DNA of 61,311 bases, the filler included, from Nemertoderma westbladi (lineage: Eukaryota > Animalia > Xenacoelomorpha): the NCBI GenBank assembly GCA_032718475.1. It is 3 parts of 3 records of this genome, joined end to end, with 100 filler letters (N's around TTAATTAATTAA, not from the genome) between each part and the next. Parts side by side here need not be neighbours in the genome. Positions count along the whole stretch, not along the records: positions 23,006 to 53,393 come from JAUCBJ010000737.1; positions 53,494 to 61,311 come from JAUCBJ010000379.1; 1 more part is not named here. The stretch is one strand, 5' to 3'. The position numbers and the translations under genes were made by a program. Below are positions 48,061-59,206 of the stretch, one piece after another. How positions within the stretch are numbered: the first letter of the stretch is position 1; each line of letters starts with the position of its first letter. The notes beneath the pieces are model-generated. The model saw nothing but the letters and a program-made list of their open reading frames with translations, did no database searches and was not told where the DNA came from.

Positions 48061-49776
48061 GGGCGGAAAAGCCAACCAACCACCAAGGTTAAGGCTGAAT
48101 CACCAGCCGATCGCCTCAATGGTTGGAAAGCCCACTTCGAAAAGCTCCTCAATAATGACAGGGTATTGCCTGATAACTTTATAGAAGTAAAAGTGTCTGA
48201 GTCTGTACTCCCAGATATTCCCATTGGCGATATCTCCTTTGCAGAAGTGAAGGCTGCTGCAAAGAGCATTAAGACCAATCGTGCCAGTGGAATAGATGGT
48301 GTTCCCCCTGAGGTCTTTAAAATACCTGAGTGTTTAAAGCTCATCTATCCCATCATAGTAGACATGTACCGTACAACAAGAGTCCCACAAGAAATGAAAA
48401 CAAATAAGTTGGTGCCAGTTCCCAAGAAGGGCAACCTAACACTCTATGGTTCTTTTCGGGGAATCTCATTGATCTCGATTGCTGCAAAACTATACAATAG
48501 AATTCTATTAAATCGCATCAGGGATCCCATTGAGAGACTGCTACGTGGAAATCAGAATGGGTTCCGTAAAGGTCGTGGGACCATGGAGCCCATTTTGGCA
48601 CTTGAAAGGATAATTGAAGAGTTATCAAAAAAGAAAGACAGGCATCTGGCTGTTATCTTTGTTGACTTCTTCAAGGCCTTTGATTCAGTCTCTCGCTCAC
48701 GTATGTTCAGCATACTTTCATTATATGGGATTCCTGATGAAATTATTGCAGCAATCAGATCAGTATACGATGGTTCGACAACATTTGTGTCTACTGTTGA
48801 CGGTGACACAGAACCATTTGAAGTGTTATGGGGCGTCCTCCAAGGAGACACACTTGCACCATTCTTGTTCATTATTGTGGTTGACTATGTTCTACGCATG
48901 TCCTTAGATCATCATAATGATGATGGGGTGATGATAACTCCACCTACTGGCTCCAGAAGTCGAGGAAATCCTGCCAAGTACCTAACTGATCTAGACTTTG
49001 CTGATGACTTAGGAGTACTCTCAGAATCATTAGAGGGAGCCCAGCGGCTCCTCAGCTCATTAGAACATGCTGCTTCTAGTGTTGGTCTTTTTATTAACTC
49101 CAGAAAGACCAAAATTCTGACAGTTAACTTTGAAAGTCCTCAGCAAGTCTCTGATCGGATGAGCATAAGCTCAAAGGATGGTATGCTTGAGCATGTGGAC
49201 GACTTCTGTTACCTGGGATCATGGATCCGGAAGTCAGGTGAGGACCTTCGAATACGTAAGGGAAAGGCATGGGCAGCCTTGAATAGGCTTTCCAGGATTT
49301 GGAAGTCACCTAGAATTAATCGGAAACTCAAGGTCCGATTATTTAGAGCAGCAGTAGTTCCAGTACTCCTCTACGGGAGTCCATGCTGGGCTCTAACTGC
49401 TGAGGACACCAAATCTCTGGATGGCACATTCACAAGAATGCTACGCCGGGTACATTGTGTCAAGTACAATGCACATATCTCCAACCAGACACTATATAAC
49501 ATTGGAGGTGTCTCATTGGTTCCCCCAAGCTTGACACTAGAACAAAATCGCCTCCGCTTTGCAGGACATTGCTTTCGCCGTGAGGACCAGCCAGTGCATA
49601 ATCTTGTACTTTGGCAGCCTCATGGAGTGAATAAGCATGGTGGACAGCCCATGACTTTCTTGAGACGCATCTTAAAGGACACTGGCCTTAAAGATGCGGA
49701 TGATCTAGCAAATGTCATGGGTGATAGGGAGTTGTGGCGGTGCAATTTTGTTGACAAGCCGGCACAGCATTCTTAA
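48061..49776 (+). CDS. Reverse transcriptase of RTE-type LINE (endonuclease part missing)
   Basis: FRGISLIS, NQNGFRKGR, VDFFKAFDSV, GVLQGDTLAPFLF, LDFADD, FCYLGS, RLRFAGHCFR; no internal stops. Confidence 0.93.
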   Translation, partial: GRKSQPTTKVKAESPADRLNGWKAHFEKLLNNDRVLPDNFIEVKVSESVLPDIPIGDISFAEVKAAAKSIKTNRASGIDGVPPEVFKIPECLKLIYPIIVDMYRTTRVPQEMKTNKLVPVPKKGNLTLYGSFRGISLISIAAKLYNRILLNRIRDPIERLLRGNQNGFRKGRGTMEPILALERIIEELSKKKDRHLAVIFVDFFKAFDSVSRSRMFSILSLYGIPDEIIAAIRSVYDGSTTFVSTVDGDTEPFEVLWGVLQGDTLAPFLFIIVVDYVLRMSLDHHNDDGVMITPPTGSRSRGNPAKYLTDLDFADDLGVLSESLEGAQRLLSSLEHAASSVGLFINSRKTKILTVNFESPQQVSDRMSISSKDGMLEHVDDFCYLGSWIRKSGEDLRIRKGKAWAALNRLSRIWKSPRINRKLKVRLFRAAVVPVLLYGSPCWALTAEDTKSLDGTFTRMLRRVHCVKYNAHISNQTLYNIGGVSLVPPSLTLEQNRLRFAGHCFRREDQPVHNLVLWQPHGVNKHGGQPMTFLRRILKDTGLKDADDLANVMGDRELWRCNFVDKPAQHS

Positions 49777-49815
49777 AAATGCAGCTGCAATGCAGCATGC
49801 CGATCCTAGTAGTAG
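48061..49815 (+). mobile_element. 5'-truncated RTE-type non-LTR retrotransposon
   Basis: Open RT frame, 39-nt 3' UTR ending (TAG)3, flanked by 190/189-bp direct repeats. Confidence 0.9.
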
Positions 49816-51449
49816 TCGTCGGGCTGTTTCCTTTTTATACTTGTCCCAAGTTGAAGCTCTTTTGGTTATGAATATGATATTGTCGTTTCTACATCTACTT
49901 ATCCTCGCTGATTATTTACACCAGAGAGCTAACATTCATGTCTAGAGCTTTTAATCACGTGGCGGGATATATTTAGAACATAAAATATATATCGTATATG
50001 GAACATCTTCATTGTTGACTTCATAATATTATCTAACCATTATTATTATTATTATTTTCTTCTTAATTTTAATTTTCGCTTTCAAATCTACTTGTGGCGT
50101 TTTTATTTTAAAGTGTTGTATCCATCATTCATCTCACTGTTCGCAACTCTGCTATTTTTCGCGCCCTTTTCGCGTTTGTGTTCGCCAAGATGGTACGGTG
50201 TGCATGAAAGCATTACCAATCTGGAAAAAACGGCTGAATTCAGTTTATAAATACCTGAAATATAGTTGTTATAAAGTTAAATTATTATTATTATCTGGAG
50301 TCGTATGTGAAACAATAAATTGAACAGTACAATATACATAGTAATATTTAAGTAAGATTTTTTTATTCTGAGTGGCGCTATTTAATTGCAAACCACTGAG
50401 TAAAAAACAGTATAATATTATTTCGTCCATATTTTGGAGTTGTTTCCTTTGAGTATTTAATTACACATAATACTATATTTTCCTTATATTAGATTTATGA
50501 TTTTGTGAGTATTCAATACACACTTATTATATGTTATCCTGATTTGGATAATGGAATGAGTCTCCCATCGATTTATGTTAATTCCGGTCCACATCTCTCC
50601 CTCTCTTATAATCCCTTGTGTTGTGGATCAATACCCGTTGCCCATTTGTTGACTGCGACCCATCTCGATACATCCCTCTTCCACTACCCCCATACCCTCT
50701 GGTAATTAATATGGATATTAGGTGAATTTCGCTAGAGTTGTTGTTTGTTATATTAAATATAATATAAAATTTAAACGCAACAAATTTTTTGCCGGCCATA
50801 TTTGTTAGTTGTGATCATTAATTCGTTATTGTAAATAATTATTATATTACGTCAAAGGAATACTATGATTAAGCTTGTTGCGGATTCCATACGATACGAT
50901 AAAACAGACAAGATAACAATATCAAACTAAATAATAAGTGGTAGGTAGCCTTGCAAGTCGAAAAATATATATTTTTGTCGCCCCTTAGCGGCCAGAGCCA
51001 GAATTTGTTTTATTTTTTTCAGCATCTTTTAATCAGCATGGTCGATTACGTGAAAAGATTTGAATATAATTTTTGTTCCTCACAAGAAAATATGAAATTG
51101 TTCAAAATAAATTTCAAATAGAAAAAGAGCTGTTTTTTTTTATCGTAAAGCAATCATATGAAACTACAAAAACTGTTCAAAATTTTATTTTATTTTAAAA
51201 AATAATTACATTGGATTGCCTATAGTTTTACTGGTTCTCTTCATCAGAAATATCATTTCCAATTCTAGTTTTCCCTTTTGGCAGAATCTAGTCTTTCTGT
51301 ATGTCGCATGTCTGTCTGTTGTTTGTCGGTCTCACGGTCTCTCTATCAAAAGTATACCATACCACCTTTCTAAAAGTTTTGCTATGGGGGTTTTCCTGTG
51401 TTCAAAAATTTAATTAGTGATTAATGATAATTTAATTGTTTGTTTATAG

Positions 51450-51746
51450 ATTTATACCTATTTTTTGTTTTTTATACCTTTTATTTGTTTTTTATACCTC
51501 TTATTTGTTTTTTATACCTATTTTTTTGTTTTTTTATACCTATTTTTTTGTTTTTTTATACCTATTTTTTGTTTTTTATACCTATTTTTTGTTTTTTATA
51601 CCTATTTTTTGTTTTTTATACCTATTTGTTTTTTATACCAATTTTTTGTTTTTTATACCTATTTTTTTGTTTTTATACCAATTTTTTGTTTTTTTATACC
51701 TATTTTTGGTTTTTTATGCCTATTTTTTCTGTTTTATACCTATTTT
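51450..51746. repeat. T-rich repeat of about 21-22 bp (TTTTTATACCTATTTTTTG)n
   Basis: Directly visible low-complexity array. Confidence 0.9.
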
Positions 51747-52422
51747 AGAGAAACATTATTTTGTGTTGTTAATAAAGTTGTGGTTACTAAATAAGGCCGG
51801 CTGAAAGCAATCCTTATGATCTTGTTTATGAGGGACCTCTAGTTTAATTCTTGCCTTCCATTTTCCAATAAATACGATACGAATCAAATCAAATCAATAA
51901 ATGTAATGTAGTTATTTATATATCTTATTCCAATTAAATTATATTAAAAGCAGGACTATCATTGCAAGGAATTTCATTATGTATTTCCCTTTATTTTCAT
52001 TATTAAATAATATAGTTTATATATTTATTATACCATTAAATATTACTGGTGTTTTTAAGCACTTCTGCAAGGTTCTATCTTTCTGACTGTCCACTACGAG
52101 TATCTGACAGTCGAAGTGATTTGTTAAATTACTAAAACGGTTCATCATCATGTAACCTTATAAAGCACTAATTTATATGCCGCGAATTAAATAGTTTATA
52201 GATTTCATAATATAATTTTGTTTATTTAAATTTAAGTAAACATTTCTTTTTAATTTGATTTGTTTATTATTTTAGTAATTAGATATTAACTATATATTTG
52301 TTATAAATTCATATCTTTGATTACTTATTCCGATGTCTTCGACTCCACCAGTTCTGGCTGACGCGCATGCGCAGTATTCATCCAATAAACACCACCCTAA
52401 ACAGCATATACATTATTCTAGA

Positions 52423-52731
52423 ATGTCTTCCATTTCGAACTTTCTAAAGAGCCCCGCCCACGCGTCTCCCACGCCATCCCACAATACGAATTCCAGCCAT
52501 CCAATTTCCGATTCCCACACCCCAAATCATTCCTCTTCCCCTCGTCTCTCCTGGCGAAGGATTCGTAAACTGCGTGCGCGAATCGCCTCAGTTGCTTTTT
52601 TTTCGCGACGTCGGTACGTGAAGGACATTGTGAAGCCATGGGATATCGAGGAAGACGAACGGATTCAGGCTCTACAAGAGTCTTGGGCCACGTTGCAGGA
52701 TAATGCTGATATTGTTAGGGAAAGTAGTACG
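52423..52731 (+). CDS. Possible first coding exon of an unidentified transcript
   Basis: GC/CpG-rich island in AT-rich DNA; ATG plus 103 codons ending at a phase-0 donor ACG|GTTAGT; GCGCATGCGC 60 bp upstream; no homology recognised. Confidence 0.35.
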
Positions 52732-53393
52732 GTTAGTGAAGGAGCGGGAGGGGAGGGAATATGGTGCGGTTAGTGGGGGTGGGGTTGGTCAGCTTTTAGG
52801 GAATGTAGTGCGATTATTGGGGTAGGGGTTAGTCAGCTGTTATGGTATGTAGTCCGGTTAGTTAGGGAGGGGTTGGTCAGATGGTAGGGAATGTAGTGCA
52901 GTTAGTGAGACAGGGTCGGATTAAGCTTTTCCGGGCCACCAGTTTTAAATAATCCCTCACCTCCACCAACCCCCTCTCCCCCCAGAACCCATGGAAAATT
53001 AATCAATTAGGTGATAGTTACAGTAATTTTTTTTAAAAATTGGCTTTATTAAAATATAACCACTTAAAGAATGTATTCGTAATTACAATTATATTGATTA
53101 ATTGTATATATATTATTGATTATATTGATAGGATATATTGATTTCTCTGACAAACATAGGAGTATGCCTGCAGTGCAAGCGTCTATTTAAGTTGTCTGTG
53201 ATTGGTATAAAAACTTGGAAGTGTTTTCAGGTAGAAAGTATACAGACTCTTCAGCAGGACCATTACCACGGCGAACACTCAGGTGTGTTCTCTTACATCT
53301 CGTCACTCTGCAGTAGCATACTGCTTGTGTTAAATCGTTGAAGGATGGACTGACCAAAGTGCAATGAGAATTCCATTCGCCAGCATATCCATC

Positions 53394-53493
53394 NNNNNNN
53401 NNNNNNNNNNNNNNNNNNNNNNNNNNNNNNNNNNNNNTTAATTAATTAANNNNNNNNNNNNNNNNNNNNNNNNNNNNNNNNNNNNNNNNNNNN
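53394..53493. other. Synthetic assembly spacer
   Basis: 44 N + TTAATTAATTAA + 44 N. Confidence 0.95.
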
Positions 53494-53700
53494 ATTAAAG
53501 GTGGATGCACAACATTGCCTATGTTTCAAACATTGATGTGTTATAGAAATATATCCACGTGTCATTACTAAGACCCAGCAAAACCCTGCAGAGACGCTGC
53601 CTGAAACTTGCTGGACAGTTTTCTACTAAAGGATCAACCTGTACACAATGTCGTACTGTGGCAGCCTGCTTGTGAGGATAGGCATTATGGACAGCCAATA
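53494..53700 (+). mobile_element. Degenerate RTE-type LINE fragment
   Basis: RPSKTLQRRCLKLAG..KDQPVHNVVLWQP..GQP, matching the RT C-terminus at 49520-49650. Confidence 0.7.
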
Positions 53701-53899
53701 TTATATATATATATTATTGTTTATTCCAGGCAAACAACGCCCATATTACGATGCAGCAATACAGAATAAATTGCACAATGAACCAGACATGAATATTAAA
53801 AATAATTATTTATTGTTGTATAGATATAAAATAATGAAAGTATATTACAAATAGATACATCAAATATTTAATTTATGACTCGCTTAAAAAAAACTGTGA

Positions 53900-54245
53900 A
53901 TTAAAAACGCCTAATGTGTAAAGGGGAGTTAATACGTAGGTTGGTAAGCATACCACTGGCACTACAATCATATGGGAAACCAAATAATTTTCAAACAGCA
54001 TTTTTATAAGCCACCGTTTAGTTAGGATCGAATTTAGGAAATATTTATCGCACCAAAGTGAGTTGCAATAGAAAGAATTACAAAATCTACGAAAGTATAC
54101 AAGTTTAACTTCCTTAGAGCAGTGCGAAAACTTTCTCAGTAACAGGTTAGATCTGGCATAAAAGCGACGAAATTGGTTATTTATATCGGCGTCATCGGTA
54201 AAGTCAGATAATATATAATGACCAAGATATTTCGTTATCCATATA
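53900..54245 (-). mobile_element. Non-LTR retrotransposon RT C-terminal fragment of a different family
   Basis: KYLGHYILSDFTDDADI..FYARSNLLLRKFSHCSKEVKL..FCNSFYCNSLW, a typical LINE thumb region. Confidence 0.7.
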
Positions 54246-54535
54246 CATGTGTCCGTCAAAAACAGAATTCATATACTTGCTTTGGATATAGATGCATTTG
54301 ACTTTCCAATGACTTTCATCAAACTCCTGTTCGAGGACACTGCTGCAGTCAAGAACAGGAATTAATTGGGAAAGTGTATGGCAGACTGTTAGATCTGGGT
54401 TAGCTATTCACGTTCTTTGGCGCTTATATATGGTCCTCATATCACTAAGTTGAACTCCAAAAACGTTATCACTTCAGATTAATATTCTCATTAATTTATT
54501 AAGCCATGGAGGTAATATTATATGAACAAAGCATG

Positions 54536-54771
54536 TTCAAAATAACGAATAGCCAATATTTTAATTAATATAATATAAAATTTAAATAAATTCAAATATT
54601 TCATACGCCAACTGGCGTCATTTTCAATGATAACCGGTAGACTGACTTACTGCTATATAGCAGTAAGTCAGTCTACCGGTTATCATTGAAAATGACGCCA
54701 GTTGGCGTATGAAATATTTGAATTTATTTAAATTTTATATTATATTAATATTGGCTATTCCTTATTTTGAA
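54536..54771. repeat. Spacerless palindrome (perfect 186-bp core 54564-54749)
   Basis: Mirror axis in TGCTAT|ATAGCA at 54656/54657; outer arms extend past a small indel. Confidence 0.93.
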
Positions 54772-55164
54772 TTTTTATTTTGAACAAAGCATGTAGCATT
54801 TATAGCTGAAAATAATAAAACGTTGTTCAGCAAACTGTAACTATACAATGCAGGGTAGCCATTCAACCAAGGATAATAAAGTTTATTAGTTCATTAATAG
54901 ATTGTATATATTTCTTCATATTGGAAACTTTCAAGGTTAAAACTAATAAGTTTGTTATATGAACGGCTGCATTTAATTGATAACAAATTGTTCAGTAGTT
55001 CTTTGACAATTAGGATTCACATACACTTAGACGAAACCAAAGCGATTTAATTCCATTGGATTTATGTGAAAGTATTTTAGAACAAGAAATTATTTAAAGA
55101 CTTAATATTTACGAATATTATTTGGATTGGATAGTAGAACAATATATTGACAAACTACCAAAAA

Positions 55165-56562
55165 ATGTCGCAATCCTTGGTCATGGTGATACTGATTGCA
55201 ATAATGATGTGTTTTATGAACGCCTTAGTTTATGGATCGTCTATGGCCGATATGGGCAGGTTGAAGAATGATCTATTCACCGACTACCACAAAGAGATTA
55301 GACCAGTGCGGAATCAAGACGCCCCTGTAGTCGTACAAGTAGATTTCCATATGGTTAACATAATGGAACTTAATATCGTTGATTCCAGCATAACGTTTAC
55401 GGCGTGGCTTAAAATGTCATGGCGAGATGAGTTCACAGCGTGGGTTCCCGAAGATTATGGCGGAGTTTATGAATTTTCAATAGAACCTTCTCGGGTTTGG
55501 ACACCCCATGTTACCCTATTGGATTTAGTAAAGCAGTCTGAAGGGGATACAGTTGATTACATAATAGTTGACAATACAGGAAACATTATGTATTATCAAC
55601 GGTGGTTGATTAATTTGTCACAAGATTTTACTGGGAAGTATTTCCCATATGACGTTCAACTTGTAAAATTTAAACTCGAATCTTGGACTTACAATGAGTC
55701 AAAAGTGCTATTGCAATGGAGTAAAAGCATGCTAAATTATATTAATAGTACCCGTATCTCATCCAACGAATGGTTTTGGGAAAAAGGTGTTGTTGCCACT
55801 ACCTTTTCGACTTACTCAAACTTTAACAGCCAACATAAAAATAAATTTACAAACTTGTTTTATGCCATGACATTGTTTCGCAATCCAAGATTCTACTTCA
55901 AAACTATAATTTTCCCATCAATGGTTATTAGTGCTATGATTCCTGCAATATTCTTAATACCTATAGAATCAGGAGATAGAATTGGTTTAGCCAGCGGTCT
56001 GTTCTTTGCTCAGATGCTCAATCTCGTAGTGGTTCAAGACTTTTTACCTCCTGCCTCTAAAGAGGAACCAATTCTACCTGAGCTTTACTTTTTGAATGTA
56101 ATTGTAACGGTTATCTGTGTTATCGCTAGCATTGCTGCTGATAGGGTTCATAAACTTGAGGTGAAAGAACTACCAGTAAACAAATATGGTGTTGAGAAAG
56201 CTCTGGAAATAATTTCAAGGAAGTTAAGTAATGGCGTTGATACTCCAACAAAGCAGGAAGATGATGCAGGTGCGGAAACTGAATGCAAAAGTAAGAATAA
56301 CAAAAAACCAGTCGATGAATTGAAAATAGTGTTGAAGAAATGCTTTAAATATGCCGATTTTATAATGTTTCTACTTTCTGCTGCGTTTGTTATTGCTTCT
56401 AACACTTGGGTGCTGCTGATATTGCTCGGAAATGTTGACAACTTGATAGCCGATCTACATTTTGAACAACATGACTTTGGCAATAATCATAGTCATCATT
56501 CAGTTTTATTTGAAAATGACTACGATTACTATTATGATATCAATGAGGCAGATCACTCGTAA
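55165..56562 (+). CDS. Intronless pentameric ligand-gated ion channel subunit, nAChR/5-HT3-like, lacking Cys-loop cysteines
   Basis: Signal peptide; LFTDYHKEIRPVRN, WLKMSWRDE..W.PEDYGG, VWTP, FPYDVQ, SWTY; four hydrophobic helices with FLIPIESGDRI and LPPAS. Confidence 0.92.
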   Translation: MSQSLVMVILIAIMMCFMNALVYGSSMADMGRLKNDLFTDYHKEIRPVRNQDAPVVVQVDFHMVNIMELNIVDSSITFTAWLKMSWRDEFTAWVPEDYGGVYEFSIEPSRVWTPHVTLLDLVKQSEGDTVDYIIVDNTGNIMYYQRWLINLSQDFTGKYFPYDVQLVKFKLESWTYNESKVLLQWSKSMLNYINSTRISSNEWFWEKGVVATTFSTYSNFNSQHKNKFTNLFYAMTLFRNPRFYFKTIIFPSMVISAMIPAIFLIPIESGDRIGLASGLFFAQMLNLVVVQDFLPPASKEEPILPELYFLNVIVTVICVIASIAADRVHKLEVKELPVNKYGVEKALEIISRKLSNGVDTPTKQEDDAGAETECKSKNNKKPVDELKIVLKKCFKYADFIMFLLSAAFVIASNTWVLLILLGNVDNLIADLHFEQHDFGNNHSHHSVLFENDYDYYYDINEADHS

Positions 56563-58634
56563 TGATTATGTTAAGTTTACTACCAATTATAGGGGTTTAG
56601 TTGGTGATGCCATAAACAGACTTTATTTGGACTACTGTACAAACTGCATCTTTTGAGTAATTAATTTAGTTTGTGTTTAGAAATTTTTCTTGCTAAAATA
56701 GGCCTATTGATTTTATAGATGAGATATTTCACACTAGTTGGAAAATAGTTTTAATCCACTTTAATTGGAAATCGTAGATGGTTTGACCTACGGAACCGAT
56801 ATTGGTATTTAGGTCTTGGGGACGCTGAGGAGGTGGTGGAGTCAGTGTCGTCACTGGGGTCGGTCTCCGTGTCTGACCAGTGCCATATTGTTTATAGGTT
56901 TATGCGGATGTAGTTTACAATCACCATCATAGATGGAGGGGAACCAGGGATTCCTTGGGACTCGCTTTACTCTGTATATAGTGGTCGTTAACCAATCGGG
57001 TGTACCGCGCATAGAAACATACTTGTTGAGGATGAGTTAATAATGAGCAACCACCTGGGTTTTGCAGCCTCACCATCTGAGCAAATTTTACTTTGTTATT
57101 ACATTGATTGATTGACCAATTGAATTTACAATGGTGTCAATATCTTTTGCAGATGTTGGAACCAGGCTCGTAGCCAGGTTTTAAAAAAGGAGGGGGCAAA
57201 ACCAAAAAGGAGGGGGCATGACGCCCAAACCAATTAATAGAGATACAGGGGAATCCAATCCAATACAATAACAATTATTATTTATCAGGAATCTATTTGT
57301 AATGGTTTTTCTTTAACTTGTAATTATAGTTTCATGAGAGTTTCACCTCCTTAGTGGGCGAGCCATAATTTTTATTTTCAGTATTATTCCATATCTACAA
57401 GCGTTTTAAAAAGGTACCTCGGACTATATTGCAGTTATTCTTTAACCTTATCGTACTATTAGAAAGGTGGCTGTGCAAGGAATCCAAATATTTATATTTG
57501 GATTCCATTTGGCCAGTTATTTCTCTTAAATAGAACCCCTGAAACAATATGTTAGCGCATCCAAAGTTCTCGTCCGTAACTAAAATTATGTCCTCTTTCA
57601 GATGACACAAATAAAAAGTGAATAGCTCCAGTAATTATCGAGATATGAGGAGTTCCTGGCACCCATACCATATCAACACCTTTCGGAATTGATAAAATTA
57701 CACAAGATACATCACCCTTCAAAGACTTGGGTATAACCATTAAACCATACTATGCTTTTTTGTTTTGCTGAATACATTATTAGTAATCGAAAGCAAGATT
57801 TGAAGCAAAATTTTCATTTTTTTAATAGATATTAAAAGATTACCAAAAGTGCAAGTAGCACATTTCTCAAAAGTGGTAAATTTGCCCTACAGTTTGGCTA
57901 CTGAGGCTTTAGAATGAGCTGATTTCAATGGGAAGGTTTATTCCTCTACATCAATCATATCGAGGAGTTGTGTAATATAACAACATAGGCATTTTGTTAA
58001 ACTATTTATTACTCAGTTATTTGTGCCAAAAACACATTTTGTGTGAAAAAAACATGTAGAGGAAATATGATAATGAACAATCACCACGAAATCAAATTAA
58101 TTTTATGACCATGTGGTTTTTTTGGGATGCTGATCACGAATATGACACTGAAAAATATCCTACCTTGATGATTACGGATTTTTTGTATACGTGTCAATGT
58201 GCGGCACGAAAAGTAAAAGTAACACAAATTTGATAATCAAAAATCATTACCAAATCAATATAATTTTATAACATTATGGGTTTTCAGGGATGCTGGTAAT
58301 ATGGCACTCAAAAATACCCAAAATATTGTATTATCCAACCAAATTCGATTTTTGCCGTTTGAAATTTTATGCTACTTGTATTTTTCGTCCCACTAGACAA
58401 ACGCAAAAAATAATAGTTGCGTTACCACGAATTATTTTTAACGAGTTGTATCGTTATCAGCGGCTTTGAAAACCAGTACAGCTTCAGAATTACCAAACTA
58501 AAGACAACATTTGACAGTTTAAAATTTTTGCAACTTGTACTTTTCGTTTTGGGGCATCAGAATGGCACGAAAATTGGGTTTGCAGATACCAGAAATATTT
58601 ATAACTACTTTCATCGTGATCAGCGACCTCGAAA

Positions 58635-59206
58635 TACGAATACGTAAGGGAAAGGCATGGGCAGCCTTGAATAGGCTTTCCAGGATTTGGAAGTCACAGA
58701 GAATTAATCGGAAACATAAGGTCGGATTATTTAGAGCAGCAGTAGTTCAAGTACTCCTCTACGGGAGTCCATGCTGGACTCTAACTGCTGAGGACACCAA
58801 ATCTCTGGATGGCACATTCACAAGAATGGTACGCCGGGTTCATTGTGTCAAGTACAATGCACACATCTCCAACCAGACACTATATAACATTGGAGGTGTC
58901 TTATTGGTTTCCCCCAAGCTTGACACTAGAACAAAATCGCCTCCGCTTTGCAGGACATTGCTTTCGCCGTGAGGACCAGCCAGAGCATAATCTTGTACTT
59001 TGGCAGCCTCATGGAGTTAATAAGCATGGTGGACAGCCCATGACTTTCTTGAGACGCATCTTAAAGGACACTGGCCTTGAAGATGCGGATGATCTAGCAA
59101 ATGTCATGGGTGATAGGGAGTTGTGGCGGCGCAATTTTGTTGACAAGCCGGCACAGCATTCTTAAAAATGCAGCTGCAATGCAGCATGCCGATCCTAGTA
59201 GTAGTA
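58635..59206 (+). mobile_element. Short 5'-truncated copy of the same RTE family
   Basis: Highly similar to 49249-49815; one frameshift; (TAG)n tail; 10-bp TSD GACCTCGAAA at 58625-58634 and 59207-59216. Confidence 0.92.

Noticed and set aside
48730-49010. Hammerhead-like CTGATGA cores
   Set aside because: They lie within RT codons and lack the flanking stems and a paired GAAA.
51436-51804. Phe/Tyr/Leu-rich membrane-protein-like ORFs
   Set aside because: Translation of a T-rich simple repeat in three frames.
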